A stretch of DNA of 64,000 nucleotides from Antedon mediterranea (GCF_964355755.1 NC_092680.1:4774001-4838000); one strand, 5' to 3'. Positions 13,086-27,924 are shown, numbered from the stretch's first letter. Translations and numbers: made by a program. The notes: generated by a model not told the origin, from the letters alone.

Positions 13086-16000
13086 TCGCTATTTTTATAT
13101 TTTAAAAAATTGTTTTACAGTATGCAGTTAAAAATTGAAAGAACGACTCAATTGCACAATCTCATTCTCAGTTTGTTGATGTATTTTAATATTATCTACT
13201 ATCGCATTATTATTGATTAAATTCTAGATTATTACAAGTTTCCCACCAATCCTTCTAACATTGTACTTAATTTATCCCTAGTAAATGAATTGAATATTGA
13301 TTTAGATTTTGTGCACAGACCAAACAAATCCTGTCATTAAAAACATTGTATACATTCAATATTTCACTTCAATTTACAGTATCTCAAACATTGTATCATC
13401 AGGATCACCTTTCAGTCATCCAGCCATCAGAGGTCAAAGATGATATGTTACATGTTGTAATAAACAGTCTTGAACACTCTCTATTGGCTCTTGTTTTGAG
13501 AGAATTTTCATAATGTTCATCAGCAAAGATAACTGCAGTTTTTGCAAAGTTTTTCCTAAGTGAAGTATTGTTGTTTAATATTAAATTGCAGCAATTATAG
13601 AGCAGGAAGAAAAAAAAGAGAGAAAGTTTTAATCCATTGTGATGATTTTGAAATAAATTATTATTTAATAGAAAATTTGTGAGTAAAAAAGACTCGAATT
13701 TGGAGTTTCCTATTGGATAGTGAGATAAATGCCTGACCATTAAACCACTGGTTTCATGTTACAAATTGGATGCGTTCAGAGTCCCACAAGATATAGTATA
13801 TTTTGATACTATTGATTCTGTATGAAATTATATTTCTTTCATATTTTGATTACATTAGATGGCCAAGGTTAGTTCATACTCTAGTACAGTATCCTAAAGT
13901 ACCCATAATTCGGACATAAACTTTGTATGTTAATGCAAGCCAAGTACAGTTTATTTTTGTACAATCTAACCCCCTATTTTCCTAAAATTTCATATAAAAT
14001 TATTACCCATACCCACTGAGACTAATGTCATGTACTGTATAGAGTAATTTATCTTTATGCGTTTACAGTATATGCCTATGGACATGATGATGTCATTGTC
14101 ATCACTACCATATTTAGGCATATTATTACCATTACCTTTTTTGTCAAACTAGTATGATATTAATGTAGACAGAGATTCTTTATCTTTTTTTTGTTTTTAA
14201 GGTGAGAAATTTAGAGAGTGTACTGATCTATTTCTAATTTAATGGTAGAACGTTGTATGCAAAGTTGGAACTAATTGTCAGACGATGTTTGCTTAACTTG
14301 AAAAATCCCACGCTCGCCTCTATGCATACTGTATTGTAAATTAACTGTTGAAGTTCATTTTTAATTAATGGCATGGATAACATAGGCACTCTGTGAACAA
14401 GCTAGCAATGCCATTAATTGCACCATTAAATAACATTTTTTGAAAGCATGTCAACTTTTAAGTTATATTTACATATTGGTTAACGTAAATTGATACCATA
14501 AAATTTCTTTGACTTTTTTTATTTTGCCTTTTCTTTAACATAAGATTCACACAATACTACTACTACCCGTACAGTACCGTATGTTATTTGGAAATATACT
14601 AAATAAAACTAAATGAATTTTCTTGAATTTCAATATATGCATGTTATTGCATTTAAACCAAAATATTCAGAATGATAACTTGAAATGTGTAGGTGCTAAC
14701 AAACAAACAAAGCAAGTATTTATTTATTTGTTCTTTTTTTTGACTGGATTGCATTTTCAGTAACTCATTACTGCTTTCCAAAATGGTCCAGTTACAAGTT
14801 TAAAAGTAAATAAAAATTAAAACATATGAATACATACTGTAGTACTATAGTTTAGCAAAATTATATTCCAAGTATTAGCTATTTCTTAGTAAGAATTTTA
14901 CAGTATTTCCATTGTATACTGTGTTCAATGCTTTACAAATACTACCTCCTTGAAATGTGTCTAGTAGCTGGAACCAAGCTTACAGAATTTAGTTTAATTT
15001 AGAAAATTATCCACAGACCCAATTTTATGTTTATGTCAATCAAAACTGGAATCAATAAAGGGTTTTTTTTTTTAAATATGATTTTCTTTTTTTGTGGTGC
15101 TTTTTTGTTTTGTTTTGCGACAGACTCATTCCAATTGACACAAAATAATGTTCTTTCAATTTTTGCAATTGTGAATGTGAACGGTTGTAGTATATGAATA
15201 CAGTTGCCATAAATAGTCTAGTATATATAGTAATGCATGCTTGATTTGATTTAATAGTGTTTTATATGACTGATTTGTTATAGTTCATTTCCATGCTAAT
15301 TATCTTGACATTTAATTCAGTAAATAGCATTGAAGGGTTGTAACTCATTATACTGAATCCTCTGTGAAATAGAATCTAATTTGATGTGTAAATGTTATTG
15401 TTAGTGAATGATTTAGACTGTGGGTGAGCTATTTCTGCAGTGAAATATATAGTCAAATTATGCTTGCTTACAGTAGGCTTGAAAAATAGAGTAAGGTATA
15501 AACAGTACAATCCCTCCTTTGGAACACTATTATTCTGGTGACGCTACTGCAAAGGATCACCACCAATTTCAAATTCAAGATTAAAGACATTTTATTAGTC
15601 CACTTTAAAATGCAAATTTGTTTTGCATGATTAAGACAATAAAACAATAAGGAAAAATACATCAAATTGCAAATGGCAATGTTAAAATACTATTAAAATG
15701 TTAAAATACTGTTAAAAAAACTATTAAAATTGTCATAGGCTCTGTGTAAAATACTGAAACAATGGAGGGGAATCTGTCTTTTAACACTACGACCAACACC
15801 TATTCAGGGGACACTCAAAGGTTGCGCCTATAAATACAGTAGGATTCTACTGTATTTAAAAATGTTTTGAAGTGTGTTTTTCTTTTCATTTTAATTTCTC
15901 AAAATATATTTTTAAAAAGCCTTTATTTGTAAGTTATTGGTTATTTTTTACATGTACAACACACAAATAGTTTAATTAAAAACAATTTTAACCAAAACTG

Positions 16001-16440
16001 TTTAGTTTGGATGGTTAAATTTATACAAGTATGAAGTTCTTTGATTCTTTTTTTAATATCTATTCCAAGTACTCTCTTAAAACAGGTGTTCAATTGGCAA
16101 AAGCAAATATGATAATTACCATCGGAATTTCAGACTTATGTGAAACTATTGATAATTTTTATGGCAAATTGTATCAAACTAGTTTTTGATTTACTGCCTT
16201 CAATTCAAGACATTTCAATAGAGATTATTAAAACAAAATGTAGCTCAAGGATGAAACGCTAAAGTAAAAACATATTACCAAATATTAATCAATGTAAATT
16301 AATGTAAATTTATGCAAGCACTTGCATGGTGTATCTATTCAAGAACTGTTGTATCATACAAAAACTTAATTTGTTTCTCTTAAAACAGAGAATATCTTGC
16401 CATTTCATGTAGTTTGGCATTAGAGTATGCGAAATGGGAG

Positions 16441-16810
16441 TATAGAGTGTAGTAACTCTGATATGATTTGGATCAGCTTACTGTAAACCATTTGAGTTTA
16501 TCGTGTCTGAACATTTAATTATTAAATGGGTCACTCAAACACCGACCATGACCCACCCAATTTACATACTAGATCAAAGTTTCAGGATTAACGACAGAGA
16601 GGTATAAGAGTACAGTTATTCTGATGTGATTCAGATCAGCTTACTGTAAACCATTTGAGTTTTTGTGTCTGAACGCTTGATTATTAAATGGGTCACACAC
16701 CCACAGTAACCCACCCAATTGACATCCTAGTACATCACAGTTTCAAGGTAAACAACAAAGCGGTATAGAGTACAGTAACTCTGATTTGATTTGGATCAGC
16801 TTACTGTAAA
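16441..16810. repeat. ~162-bp tandem repeat, ~2.3 diverged units
   Basis: tatagagt..agtaactctgat.tgatttggatcagcttactgtaaa starts at ~16441, ~16604 and ~16764. Confidence 0.8.
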
Positions 16811-19557
16811 TGCTGAGTGTTTAACAAGTGAACACTTTAGCTGATAGTACAACGCTAATTATAATATGACCATGCTTACAATTACAAAAGCATAACTCCA
16901 TAGATGTGAACATACCATTAGCACGCACTAAGTAAACTACACAAATGATATATTGATGAAAGGCATCATATTGCATAAAATGGTACAGTAACTTATTGCT
17001 TTTTAAAATTTGTAATGGTTTGTTTTGTAAAGGTCATTTTGAACGTCTTGAAAATGAAAATTTAGTATAGACCTATTGTTGTTAAAAGTGCAGCAAACTT
17101 GTGAATATTGATTGTGTTATAGCTGATACTGTACCATTCTTGTGTAAAATCTTGAACATTTAATATTAATTGGAAATGTCCATATTTGGTTTGATATTGT
17201 TAATACCCTTATTGTTTAAGCCTGTAATAATTGTTATGTACTTCTAGTTCTAGTTTATTACCTAAAGATAATTATGCACGTTTGACCATGTGAATTTACG
17301 TAAAATGTATGTCATGAATAACATAACATGAATTAAAAAAAAGTTTTTAAATAAGTTAATGAAACTTTTTTGTTTTAGTACTTTTCATTCTCTTAAATTC
17401 TGAAGTGTTTCTGTAATAGGGGAAGGCTGCTGCCTGTTTCTTTTCATGAAATAGGTTAGTCCCTGAATGGAAGATGTCCAGAGATTCTATTGTTATTTTA
17501 TGTTTTAATTCTAAAATAACAAAATCAAATATTAATCATTCTGTGTCCGAGAAAAGTTCACTAAATCTTAATGATATGATTACAGAAATATCATTACTAA
17601 AGAAAAATAGTGCTAGAAAAATTACCTCTGCTCACAACCGAATCGCGGTACTTGCTAGAGGGAGTGCTCATTATAGTGAAAGCAGCCTCTAGTCGCAATT
17701 AACATTATAGATTATCGTCTTAGAATTCATTTCCTTTACAGTAAATGTAATTTTTTACTGCATGTGTTTTTTACGGAGCTGTTTTTATATCAGTTGGCTT
17801 TGATAAAAGCAGCAAGTAATTTGTTGAGAATGACAGCCTGTTTCATTAGCGCTGTAGTTGTCTGGGTGATTCTGAATTTATAAGTCTGGATTTACTGTAT
17901 TAATATAATATTAATTTACAGTTTAATAGCCGATGTGAAAAATTATTGTGTAGTTTCGGTACAAAGCAGGTAAAATTTAAATCTTTTTAAGTGTATACAA
18001 TAGTATAGACGTAAAACACACAGCCTTTCTTAAAATATCATAGCTGACTTTACTGTATTTTGACTGCACTGTAGTAGGATAAAGCCTTGTTCGCACTGGA
18101 CTTGAAATATGGTAAATAAACTTTAATGTCATCGGAAGATTTGACCATCGTTTGCACTTGGATATTTTCATGCAGATTGGCCTTTACCGTAATTTTACCC
18201 AAATTTAACTGTAGTGTGATATTAAATACAACGATTGACAATGCATGTTTTAACACGTTTTAGCCGCATGGTTAGTTTTACCAAGACCATGGTAAGGTTT
18301 ACTGGGCAGGCAGTGGTCGGTAAAAGTAACCATTGGAATTGGTTTATTTAATCACGTGGAAATTGTAGCCAGTGTTCGAATTGGACTTTTCTTGGTCACT
18401 TTTGCTGATGACTCGGTTAATGTGTGTGATCAAGGCTTTTAGATAGTCAAAAGATCATCATCCATCAGCATAACTGTACAACCTTTATCATCATAGTATC
18501 ACTGGTTGCATGACAAATAAAATGGTGTTCAGGCCTGTCTTTTGAAAATAGTAGGTAGAAATTCAATACATTCACTGCTGCTGTAGGTGTGCCATTTGTA
18601 TTTTGATGTGTACAGAAGTGTTCCAAACTAAAGTGTGTTATAAATCGCACTCCTCACGGGCAGTTTAGGAGTGTCTTTATGTGAGTGATAACACTCTCCC
18701 GCCTGGGTGTTAAAGTGCAATAATCAACGCCAGAAATGTTTGTAGTGGACAAACTTGCATCACAATTATCATAATCAGTGTATCACCACCATCTTCTTCA
18801 TTATCAGCAACACTTTATTTCATATTCATGAATAATTCATTACCATCATACCCATTTGTAAATATTCTTTTTTTAGTTGTGTTTCAACTGAAACAAGAAT
18901 GGTTGTAGCCAAAACTGATTATGCGCGGTTAAGGCAATCACACTGTTCATGTTGAGGATCTCTAGATTAGTAATGGCAACAAGACATAACTGTACTACTC
19001 TTCGTCATCTTCAATATTAAACAGAAATGCATAGAATTAATGATTGTTATGAAGTGACATGTGAAATATAAAATTAGTGAATATAAAGTGTATTTTTTAG
19101 AGAGCCTATCAAACTGATGGATGATGTCAAAATAATTCTACTGCAGACTGCTGTAACTTTTTTTTTTTACTGCAAAAATTTACATAAACTGATTACCAAA
19201 AAAAATTTGCTAAAAAAACTGCATAAATAAATTGAAGAATAAACAAATAATTACTGCAGTAAACTGCAGTTGAATAATGTTGAAAGAAGACTAAGAAGAC
19301 CTAAAACATTCTCACATCGATTTTAATGTAACAGAAGCATTTATGAAGCATGTTAGAATATTTATTATACAAACACAGACATACTGGGACCAGCTTTACC
19401 TTAGTAGGGCCTACAGTATGTTGTTATTGGAACAGGATATTGAATAGTATTAATAATTCATGAACCCATTATAGACTTTATACAGACTAATGACATCACA
19501 AAAGAATCAAGAAAAAGAAGGAGTTGATTAAAGGTATTGAACTTTCTCAATTTTTTT

Positions 19558-19699
19558 AAGCTTAGTCCCACTAGAATACAATACAAGAACATATATAATT
19601 TGACCAATCGCAAGCAACATTTTGGTTGGCTTGTGATTGGTCAAAATATGTTGTGTGTGCATGCTTGCGTTGTGTCGCGTCCAGGTGGGATCCAAAGCT
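19558..19699. mobile_element. PIF/Harbinger-like MITE, degraded
   Basis: agcttagtcccactag ... ccaggtgggatccaaagct, with internal ccaatcgcaagc / gcttgtgattggtc shared with 55399-55577. Confidence 0.5.
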
Positions 19700-20990
19700 T
19701 TGACTATAATTTTTATCTCATTTAATTCTTTCCTGAAATAGATACAATGTATACTATGATATGATTTATACTATGTTAAAATTCAAACAGTAATTTTTAA
19801 GCAACTGCACTGTAGATCATTAATTCATGTTTTAATCAAATTTTTCATTATTAATACAATGCATAATTACTGTAGGTTTTCTTATATAACAGAATTTAAA
19901 TAAGTATGCTAATATTAAAGAAAAATTGTAATGAAGTTTACTAATAATACTAGGCTATAGGCCTACTTTTATTTAATGTTTTTTTTATGTTTTGAAATTA
20001 AAACTAATCAAACTTAACCTTACATCGTCATTACTTATGCATATATTTTCTTATGAATTTTCCCCTTTGTACAGTATTGTAAAATGTTACGGTTTCAGCT
20101 TTCTGGCTATTTATGGCATTGTTCGTCTTTTTTTGACAATAACTATACCTGAATTGCTTTTATTATTATTATCATAATATTGAAAACATAATAGCCTTCA
20201 TAAAAAAATCCTGATTAAACTTGTGCATTTAATTGAAATTATTTCAAGGGACAAAAAATAAAAGTAAATTAATTTAAACGAAGTACTGTACTTAGGCCTA
20301 ATGATGGTAAATTGCATCATTCTTTGCCATCACCTTCTGACCTTTTCATCAACGCCCATGGTAATACCACTGTGCAAAATGCTTTTAAGAAGAAATATTA
20401 TTCATAAATGGCATGAGAAAGATATTTTCGTGTGCAGTATTATTTCCTATTATAATTTATAGAGATATGATATTAATTATTTTAACCATTTAAAATAAAT
20501 TCTAATTTAAAGTTTCTTTAGAAGCAATAATACCTAAAACCAGTTTGCAATTGCAGTATGATAATACGTAATCCTCACTTTAAAAATATCAACAATGTAT
20601 TATTATTAAAATGATAATGATGAATAGTGACTGTAAGTTGAAAGGGAAGACTATTGAGTTACTGATATTTTAACTTACAGTACAAGTTACAATAATATAA
20701 ACATATATAACTAAAAAACACTTTTCAAATTGACCCATTTATTCTGTCTAAATTAACAAAGTTTAAAGAAAAATAAATATCAATTGAGACAGAATAATAT
20801 CGTGAGAACTAACAAACAAACCGTTGGTTATGCTAAATTTTGGCGACGTTTTCTGACCAAACAAGATATTTTGTACACCCTTCACTGTATTTATAGACAA
20901 TTTACTGCAATATGAACACCTGAATGAGGAACTTTTATGTGTCGCTGTACCAATTGGTGTTTGCTTTAAAAATTGTCGATTTGGTAATGA

Positions 20991-21058
20991 AGTCTATTTC
21001 GTGCCTAGCTTACCTGGATAAACCAACAATAGACTTTTCTCCTCGAAGAGCGAGACAC
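20991..21058 (+). mobile_element. DIRS left-terminus (ITR) fragment
   Basis: agtctatttcgtgcctagcttacctggataaaccaacaatag is nearly the reverse complement of the ICR segment at 761-801. Confidence 0.6.
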
Positions 21059-21970
21059 GTGTATACTGTAAACTCAAAAAGTAGTTTTCATTGTCTATTT
21101 GGATAAGAAGTTTAGTACAAGTCACCTACACTACGTCAGATGATAAACCCTTTCAGAAATAATTACATTGAGTCATACTGACTACAGAATGACTACAGAA
21201 ATTGTACATCTATATAATAAAATGTACTTTATTGTTATTCTATTCTCCATCAAGCAGTATTAATGAGAATTATTTTAATATCAAACGTATGCCTAGAGAA
21301 CATTAGTATTGTAATAAGACTTAAATTACAAGCTTTTGTAAAGTATGCTCATGTTATTTAATACAGTCATTCATTTCTGTCAATGTCAAAGTAAAGTAGT
21401 CTCTTAAGAAAACCATTCACTTCGTATTGAGTTGACAAGGAGGAGGCAGAACCAGGTTTGAAGAAGAAGCCTTTTAAAAATACTTCTTTCTTGTAATCTC
21501 AAAGATGTTTTGAATATATATGATTTTTACAGTAGAAGTTTCTTGTCACCAGTTGTAAACTTGATAATAATTAATTGTGATTTATTGATATTGCGCAAAT
21601 TCCATAACATTTACGTTCAAGTGACGCACAAACCTATTAAAATTTGACAATAAGATATTCATAAAATGTTAATAAAATGAATAATATAGCAAGATTAAAA
21701 TTTACAATCTGAAAATTACAATATAAATTAATTTTAAGAGTTTTTAAAACAGATAAGGCTCTTTGTATTGCTAATATGTACTAGAATATTATTCCAAATA
21801 TTCATCCTCATCAATTTCTCTTTTGTACTGTATTATAAATAGTTGACAAATACTATCATATGGTATATTTGTTTGTGTGTTTATGTGTGATTATTTTTTA
21901 ATCTGTTCTTGAAGTATACATTGAAATTCAGATACCACTGGACAATAACACAAAATACAGATCAATGACG

Positions 21971-22103
21971 TAGTCTATTTCGTGCCTAGCTTACCTGGAT
22001 AAACCGACAAATAATGATGGTGGTTTGTAGACTATACTTTAGTGGAGGGGTGTTCAATGCTCTTCAAGGAGAATAGGGCATTTATCGGTTTATCCAGGTA
22101 AGC
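21971..22103 (+). mobile_element. Collapsed DIRS-derived mini-element (left terminus joined to right ITR core)
   Basis: Starts tagtctatttcgtgcctagcttacctggataaaccgacaa; ends aggggtgttc...ggagaatagggcatttatcggtttatccaggtaagc, homologous to 961-1045. Confidence 0.6.
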
Positions 22104-23761
22104 GGGGACCTGTAATTTTTTTTAAAACTCCATTATGGGTAATGACAACTTGGCATTGATATTAATTAGTGAATATTACTACAACCTTTTCAATTTAAGC
22201 TGTAATTTAAGCTGTAATTTAGCTACTATTGCAGGGGGTTTTTTTTATTTTGTTGTCTGTGATTTATATTAAGTTTGTATATATTTATAGTTAATTCATT
22301 TCTTTTAAACAAATGTGTACCTGTACTGAGCAGGAAATACAGTACAGTGTTGCTAAAACATGAAACACATGACTTTGTTTAACAGTAGTCTATTTATAGC
22401 TATTTATTCTAAACAATTTCCATGTGAAAAGATATGCTTTTGATCTAGTTTTGTACATCTAATAAATCACTTCTTCCACTGGATTTTAATTTCAATAAAT
22501 CACTGGAGGTCTTTAATTTAACAATGATGCTACTGTAAAGTGTACCATAGTTCAGCATAACCAATTACTGAGTCTTAATTCACCACATTTAGTTGAACAA
22601 GTATACATTTTCCCATTTTATCTAGCTGCTCACCTGCCAAACTCCTTAGCTTGGTACAGAGAAACAGCACTATAGTCCCTAAATTGTACGCCCATACACC
22701 AGAGATCAAATTGATAATAATATACCTCATCTTTAATATTTGTGTAGACATTTCAGCGAGACATCAACATTGAATCCCCCTGAGAACTCTAGCTTTAACT
22801 GCACAATTTTCAATCACTTTGTTCATCTTCCAATAATATAATTTCTGTTATCAACAACAACAGACAGAAAAGAAAAAAAAATCCAAAACTTAATTTAGCA
22901 TTTGTTTAAATTATAAATGTGGGTGTAGTATATCCTTTGATAATACCTTTCTAGATGAAGATTTGCACTTTAATTAGTACTAATTAGTAGTCAGGGGATT
23001 TCAAATTACAAGTGTGGTCATTAACCAAAAATGTCACCTACAAGAGGACGTGATTTTGTATTCATTGACGCGTGTTAAATCGCATAATCTTCAAGTTGAT
23101 TTCATCTTCGAAATGGTTTACAAATTATTGATATACTATAATCATGTTTTCAATTTAAGATTAAATCTAATTCAACTTTAGCAATCATGATAAGTTATTT
23201 ATTGAATGCTGATTTCCAATAACAAGTCAATTTGAAATACATTTGTTTTACTTTTCATACAGTACTGTATATTAAATTGTGTACAGTTAGAAAAGTGTGA
23301 GCACAATGCATAACACAGAGGCCTGAGACCACTGGTTTAGGAACCTTACATGGCTCTCCAGTGCTGGAGGCCTCAGGTGTTTCTAGCCTTTTCATTTTGT
23401 AATGCCTGTTTTTTCCTCTGAGCACTGCTCAGGGGCCCCCATACAGTCAGCTTTCGCCAGTGAGCGCTTGTAGGTGTTATGCCACTGTGTGACTGAGCGT
23501 CAACAAGTTAGTTAGAGATGGGTAGAAAAATAAAATAAAACAATTAGGCCAAAATAGGATAAGACCTGATTTTTTTTTTCAGGATTAGTCAAGGAATATG
23601 TCAGACAACAAAACTAAATCATCTTCATTTATCCTCGTTCAGCATTTTCCTCAATTCATGATGGCGCCCTTTCCTGTTTTACTCATAACTTTACAAATGT
23701 ATGTTGTGAGGATTTATGAGGTCGACTTTTAGTATCGTATTATAGACATATTCCTGGACCA

Positions 23762-24790
23762 ATGCTTAAAAAACAGCGTTTGTTTAACAAATTAATTTCG
23801 AATTTTGGTTTTCAACGTTATTTTGTATTATGGATTATAAGTTTTCTTACGAACAGATGTCAGAGGGTCTTAGTTAACCAAAGACACTCGAATGTACGTA
23901 TGACAAGTATTGGATCCCCCCAGGGTTGCATCCTCTCTCCTCTCCTGTATATTATATACACGGATGACTGTCGCAGCAAACAGGACAATAGTCATCTTGT
24001 TAAATTTGCTGACGACACTGTCTTGCTGTCTCTCCTTCAAAATTCACAGGACGGCCATGGTTCCGCTTTAGATGATTTTATCCAATTTTGTGGAAACTCC
24101 TACTTGGAACTCAATGTGACCAAAACCAAGGAGATGATTGTAGATTTTAGGAAGGAGAAAGGACGCAACCCTTGGGTATCCATTATAAATGACGAACCAG
24201 TCGATATTGTCCATTCCTTTAAATACCTAGGTACTATATTTGAGGACAATCTCGGCTGGGAATTAAACACAGAGGCAATAGTAAAAAAGGACACCAGAGA
24301 CTTTATCTGTTAAGGAAGTAATTCTTAGGGTTTTTTATAATTCCTTTATTGAGAACGTTTTAACTTTTTCCTTTATATGCTGGTTTTTTAGTCTTAGGGT
24401 CAAAGAGAAAAACTCACTACAAAGAATTGTTAACTTAAGTTCTAAATTAATAGGTTGTCAACTTCGTAGCTTATCTTCTTTCTGTGACATGCAAACTCTA
24501 GAAAAAAGTAGAGCTATTCTAAAAAATATTAACCATGCCTTGTTCAGTGATTTCGAGCTCATGCCTCATGGGCGTCGCTTTCGATGCCCGGCATGTAGAA
24601 CAAACCGGAAAAGGAATTCGTTTTTGCCAGTGGCTATTCGACTCATAAATTCTTGAACCTTGACTTGACTTTTTTTCTATTTTGTTCTGTGTATTGTGAT
24701 ATTTTGTATATTTTGTAAGATCATTTTAATCCAGACCTTTTTATTTGAATTGCCCCGTGTGGGATGATTAAAGAATTTTGAATTGAATTG
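23762..24790 (+). mobile_element. 5'-truncated Rex1/Babar-type (CR1-group) LINE
   Basis: RT motifs WIISFLTNRCQRV, GSPQGCILSPLLY, YTDD, KFADD, LNVTKTKEMIVDFR and FKYLG. After a frameshift near 24290 it continues ...FELMPHGRRFR...RTNRKRNSFLPVAIRLINS* (stop at 24654-24656). The 3' tail ends in attaaag...(gaatt)n. Confidence 0.85.
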
Positions 24791-25276
24791 AAAAATGTTC
24801 AGGTTAAATCTAAAGCTCTTGGCCTAGTACATGGTATGTTTCTTGAGTTAATAAGAATTAAGGAATTTAAAGCCCCCTTTCCACTGGCTGGTTATAAATA
24901 ATTTCCTCAGCCAAAATAATTAGTGTGACCATTTGCCAATTTGCTAGTTTACAGATTAAGCATTAAGTTCAATCAATGCTATATTTTTAAACAGAAAACA
25001 CCATAAATAGAATTCCTCATTTTATTTTTTTGTCATTAAATATACTTGTTTATTATTATTATTTGAATGATGGCAGTCTACCAAAAAAATGAGAGTAATA
25101 TTTGTATTTTGGTTATCTAGCTGATAAACAAAAACAAAAAAATGTTTTCATACTTTTGACTTTACACTAATTAATTTTAAAAATCAATTTCCATATATAC
25201 AATCCAATACTCATATATTCAAATTGTATTATTTGTTTTTTTTTTATATATTTCAGTACGTTTATCATCTTGAAAA

Positions 25277-26898
25277 ATGGGTAAACAGAATAGTAAACTA
25301 CGACCAGAGGTTTTGGTTGATCTTCGTGAAGAAACAGAATTTTCCGAAACTGAGCTTCAAGAATGGTACAAGGGATTCCTCAAAGGTACTGTACACCTAA
25401 TCTCATCACAAGTGCCAATATAATTGTACTGATTTGCCTACCAAATTTTCTGTTACTGCAAGCCCATTTATTTTTATTCATCCAGTATTTAAACAGAAGG
25501 GTTCAAGCCTCACTTGCTCCATAATTCTGGTGATAGAACAAGTCTTCTCGGATAAGGACTATAAACCGTAGGTCCAGTGTACACATCTAGCTCATGTGAA
25601 ATTTGAAGAACCTAGTACATCTTTCGAGATGAGTAGAGGGTTACCCCGGTGTACTTACACACACACACACAGCCACTGTCAAACACAGCCACTGATTATA
25701 ACTAGGCCCCCTGGGAGAACAGTCTTTGATTTGAGGCTACCCAGTTAGAAATAAAGAAATAATAATGATAAATAACTAAATCTATTTTATCTCTCTAGAT
25801 TGCCCAAGCGGCAGACTGACAGTTGAAGAATTCAAAAAGATATATGGTAATTTCTTTCCATATGGTGACGCATCCAAATTTGCAGAGCACGTATTCCGCA
25901 CATTTGATCAGAACAATGATGGATCAATCGATTTTCGAGAGTTCATCTGTGCTTTGAGTGTGACCTCTCGTGGCAATCTTGAGCAGAAACTAAAGTGGGC
26001 CTTCTCTATGTATGACCTCGATAGTAACGGTTTCATATCAAGACAAGAAATGTTAGAAATAGTACGGGTAAGTATCAGTTGGTTTTTTTTTTTATTACCA
26101 AATTTTTTGTACTATTTATTGTTCAGTTAAAAACAAACTACTGTAGGTCATATTTGGCATATTTATTATTATTATTGTGCTTTTGTGCTCAACAGAAAAT
26201 TTGTTTGTCCCCATTGAATACTCTTGTTTGACATACTGTACAGTATTGTGAAATTTAAATTTGTAAATCGTGCTTGACTATTATATTTTACAGAATCTAA
26301 ATTTCTATATAAAATAACATGTCTATATTACAATAGAACCCTATTAAAAAGCTTTGGGGATGTCCTCTTAATAAGAGTTCCAAAAATAATAATTAGTCTT
26401 AATGTATTTATTGACCAAAAATTGGATTGAAAAAAAAAAATTATATACTATTAAGCAAAAAATTGTCAAATTAGCTGCCATCTAATGGGTTTTTGGTTGA
26501 ATTGAATGGTTTAGTTTGTCTTTTGATAAGTGAAAACCTTTTTTTTTTTTTTCGTTTTTTTTTTCTACGGAAGGGATTAACTTTACTAAAACGGCCTATT
26601 CAGAGTCTGGATTTAATTAGCTTTTAATCTTTTTTGGTGGAACAATACAACTAAAGATAAATCACTACTGAACGTTTATGTTTCTTTTCAGGCAATTTAT
26701 AAAATGGTTGGCTCTGTAATGAAGATGCCTGAAGATGAATCAACACCAGAAAAACGAACAGACAAGATTTTCAGACAAATGGACAAGAATTCAGATGGAA
26801 AGCTTTCATTGTCAGAATTCATTGAAGGGGCTAAGAGCGATCCATCAATAGTCCGGTTACTACAGTGTGACCCTAGTGGTGGTACTTCCTTTATGTGA
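25277..26898 (+). CDS. NCALD: Neurocalcin / hippocalcin-like neuronal calcium sensor (NCALD/HPCAL1-like), 194 aa
   Basis: Coding exons 25277-25385, 25799-26067 and 26692-26898, all GT-AG, 585 nt. Protein: [13 protein letters not shown] (myristoylation motif)...WYKGFLKDCPSG...[19 protein letters not shown]...[12 protein letters not shown]...[31 protein letters not shown]...IVRLLQCDP. An acceptor at 25256 implies upstream UTR exon(s). Confidence 0.96.
25497..25765 (+). mobile_element. Deu-domain SINE in a neurocalcin intron
   Basis: B box gggttcaagcc; core gtcttctcggataaggactataaaccgtaggtcc...gagtagagggttaccccggtgt; tail aataaagaaataataat. Confidence 0.75.
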
Positions 26899-27772
26899 GA
26901 AATACAGTGCAAGCTACTGTAGTAAGCATGGTTTCCAAAAAAAATTTAGTGTACAAAATCTCCTATTATTAGATTACAAAAACTACTACTATACAACCAT
27001 TAATACTTGTTTTTAAATCATTTAGTATTACACTACTGATTTGGGTATAATTTTACCCCTTTCATCAACATACATCTCACCGTACCAAACAAAGTTGCCT
27101 ATAGAGAGCGCAATTTTACATTGTTTGTGGAAATCCAATCAATTATCAAAACATTTTAATTCTGTTCGTAGACATGACAATAATGGTGGCTTCCTTTTTG
27201 CCATTAAGAATTTCCATTTAAAACAATTTATCATCATTTCTTTTTGAGACATGGAAGATGAAACATGTTTGAGAAAGAGCTTGCAATATTTAGTTGTTTG
27301 CTATTTGCAAAGACAAAATACTGGTGATTATTTCTAAAATGTGTATAAAGCTATAAAGTAGTTGTAATTTCTAATAAAGTTTCATTAAAATTGTCAGTGT
27401 CAATAAAGATGATCCCGATATTTTGTGTCTTAAAAATTCATGATTTAAATTAGTGTGTAATTGGGAAGTACTGGCCCTCGCTAAAGTGTAGTGATCATTC
27501 AAGTGTGTATAAGAACAAAATATTTCTTTTTTTTTGGAAACCATGTTTTACCTGATAAGAAATACATACTGTCTCTTAAATCTGAACATATTATTATAAT
27601 AAAAATATAAGAGTTTGTACATTTTCAGGTTATTCAGAGGTACGACTGTACTGTAGTAAAGTTCTTTATTTTATGATTTTGTTTGTTTTATTCCAACATT
27701 TTAGTTTATTGACGAATACATTCAGATGTGTTCACAGTGTGAACTTTAACCTTATTTTCCATCATCTTAACC

Positions 27773-27924
27773 AGGAGAAAATTCCAGTTGCCACCTGTAA
27801 GTATTAGTAACCAAATTACATGTTGTAAACTGGTTGTAACCGGTTAGAACCAACTGGAAATGTTTGAATACCAGTTTAAACTAGTAAACCAGCAACTACT
27901 ACAATTAACTGGAATTTTCTCCTG
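27773..27924. mobile_element. Palindromic MITE in the probable neurocalcin 3' UTR
   Basis: TIR caggagaaaattccagtt ... aactggaattttctcctg with internal aaccagtt-type motifs. Confidence 0.55.

Noticed and set aside
12260-13131. 263-aa and 202-aa repetitive ORFs / possible CRISPR array
   Set aside because: Pure 17-bp minisatellite with no spacers; the same peptide motifs cycle through all frames.
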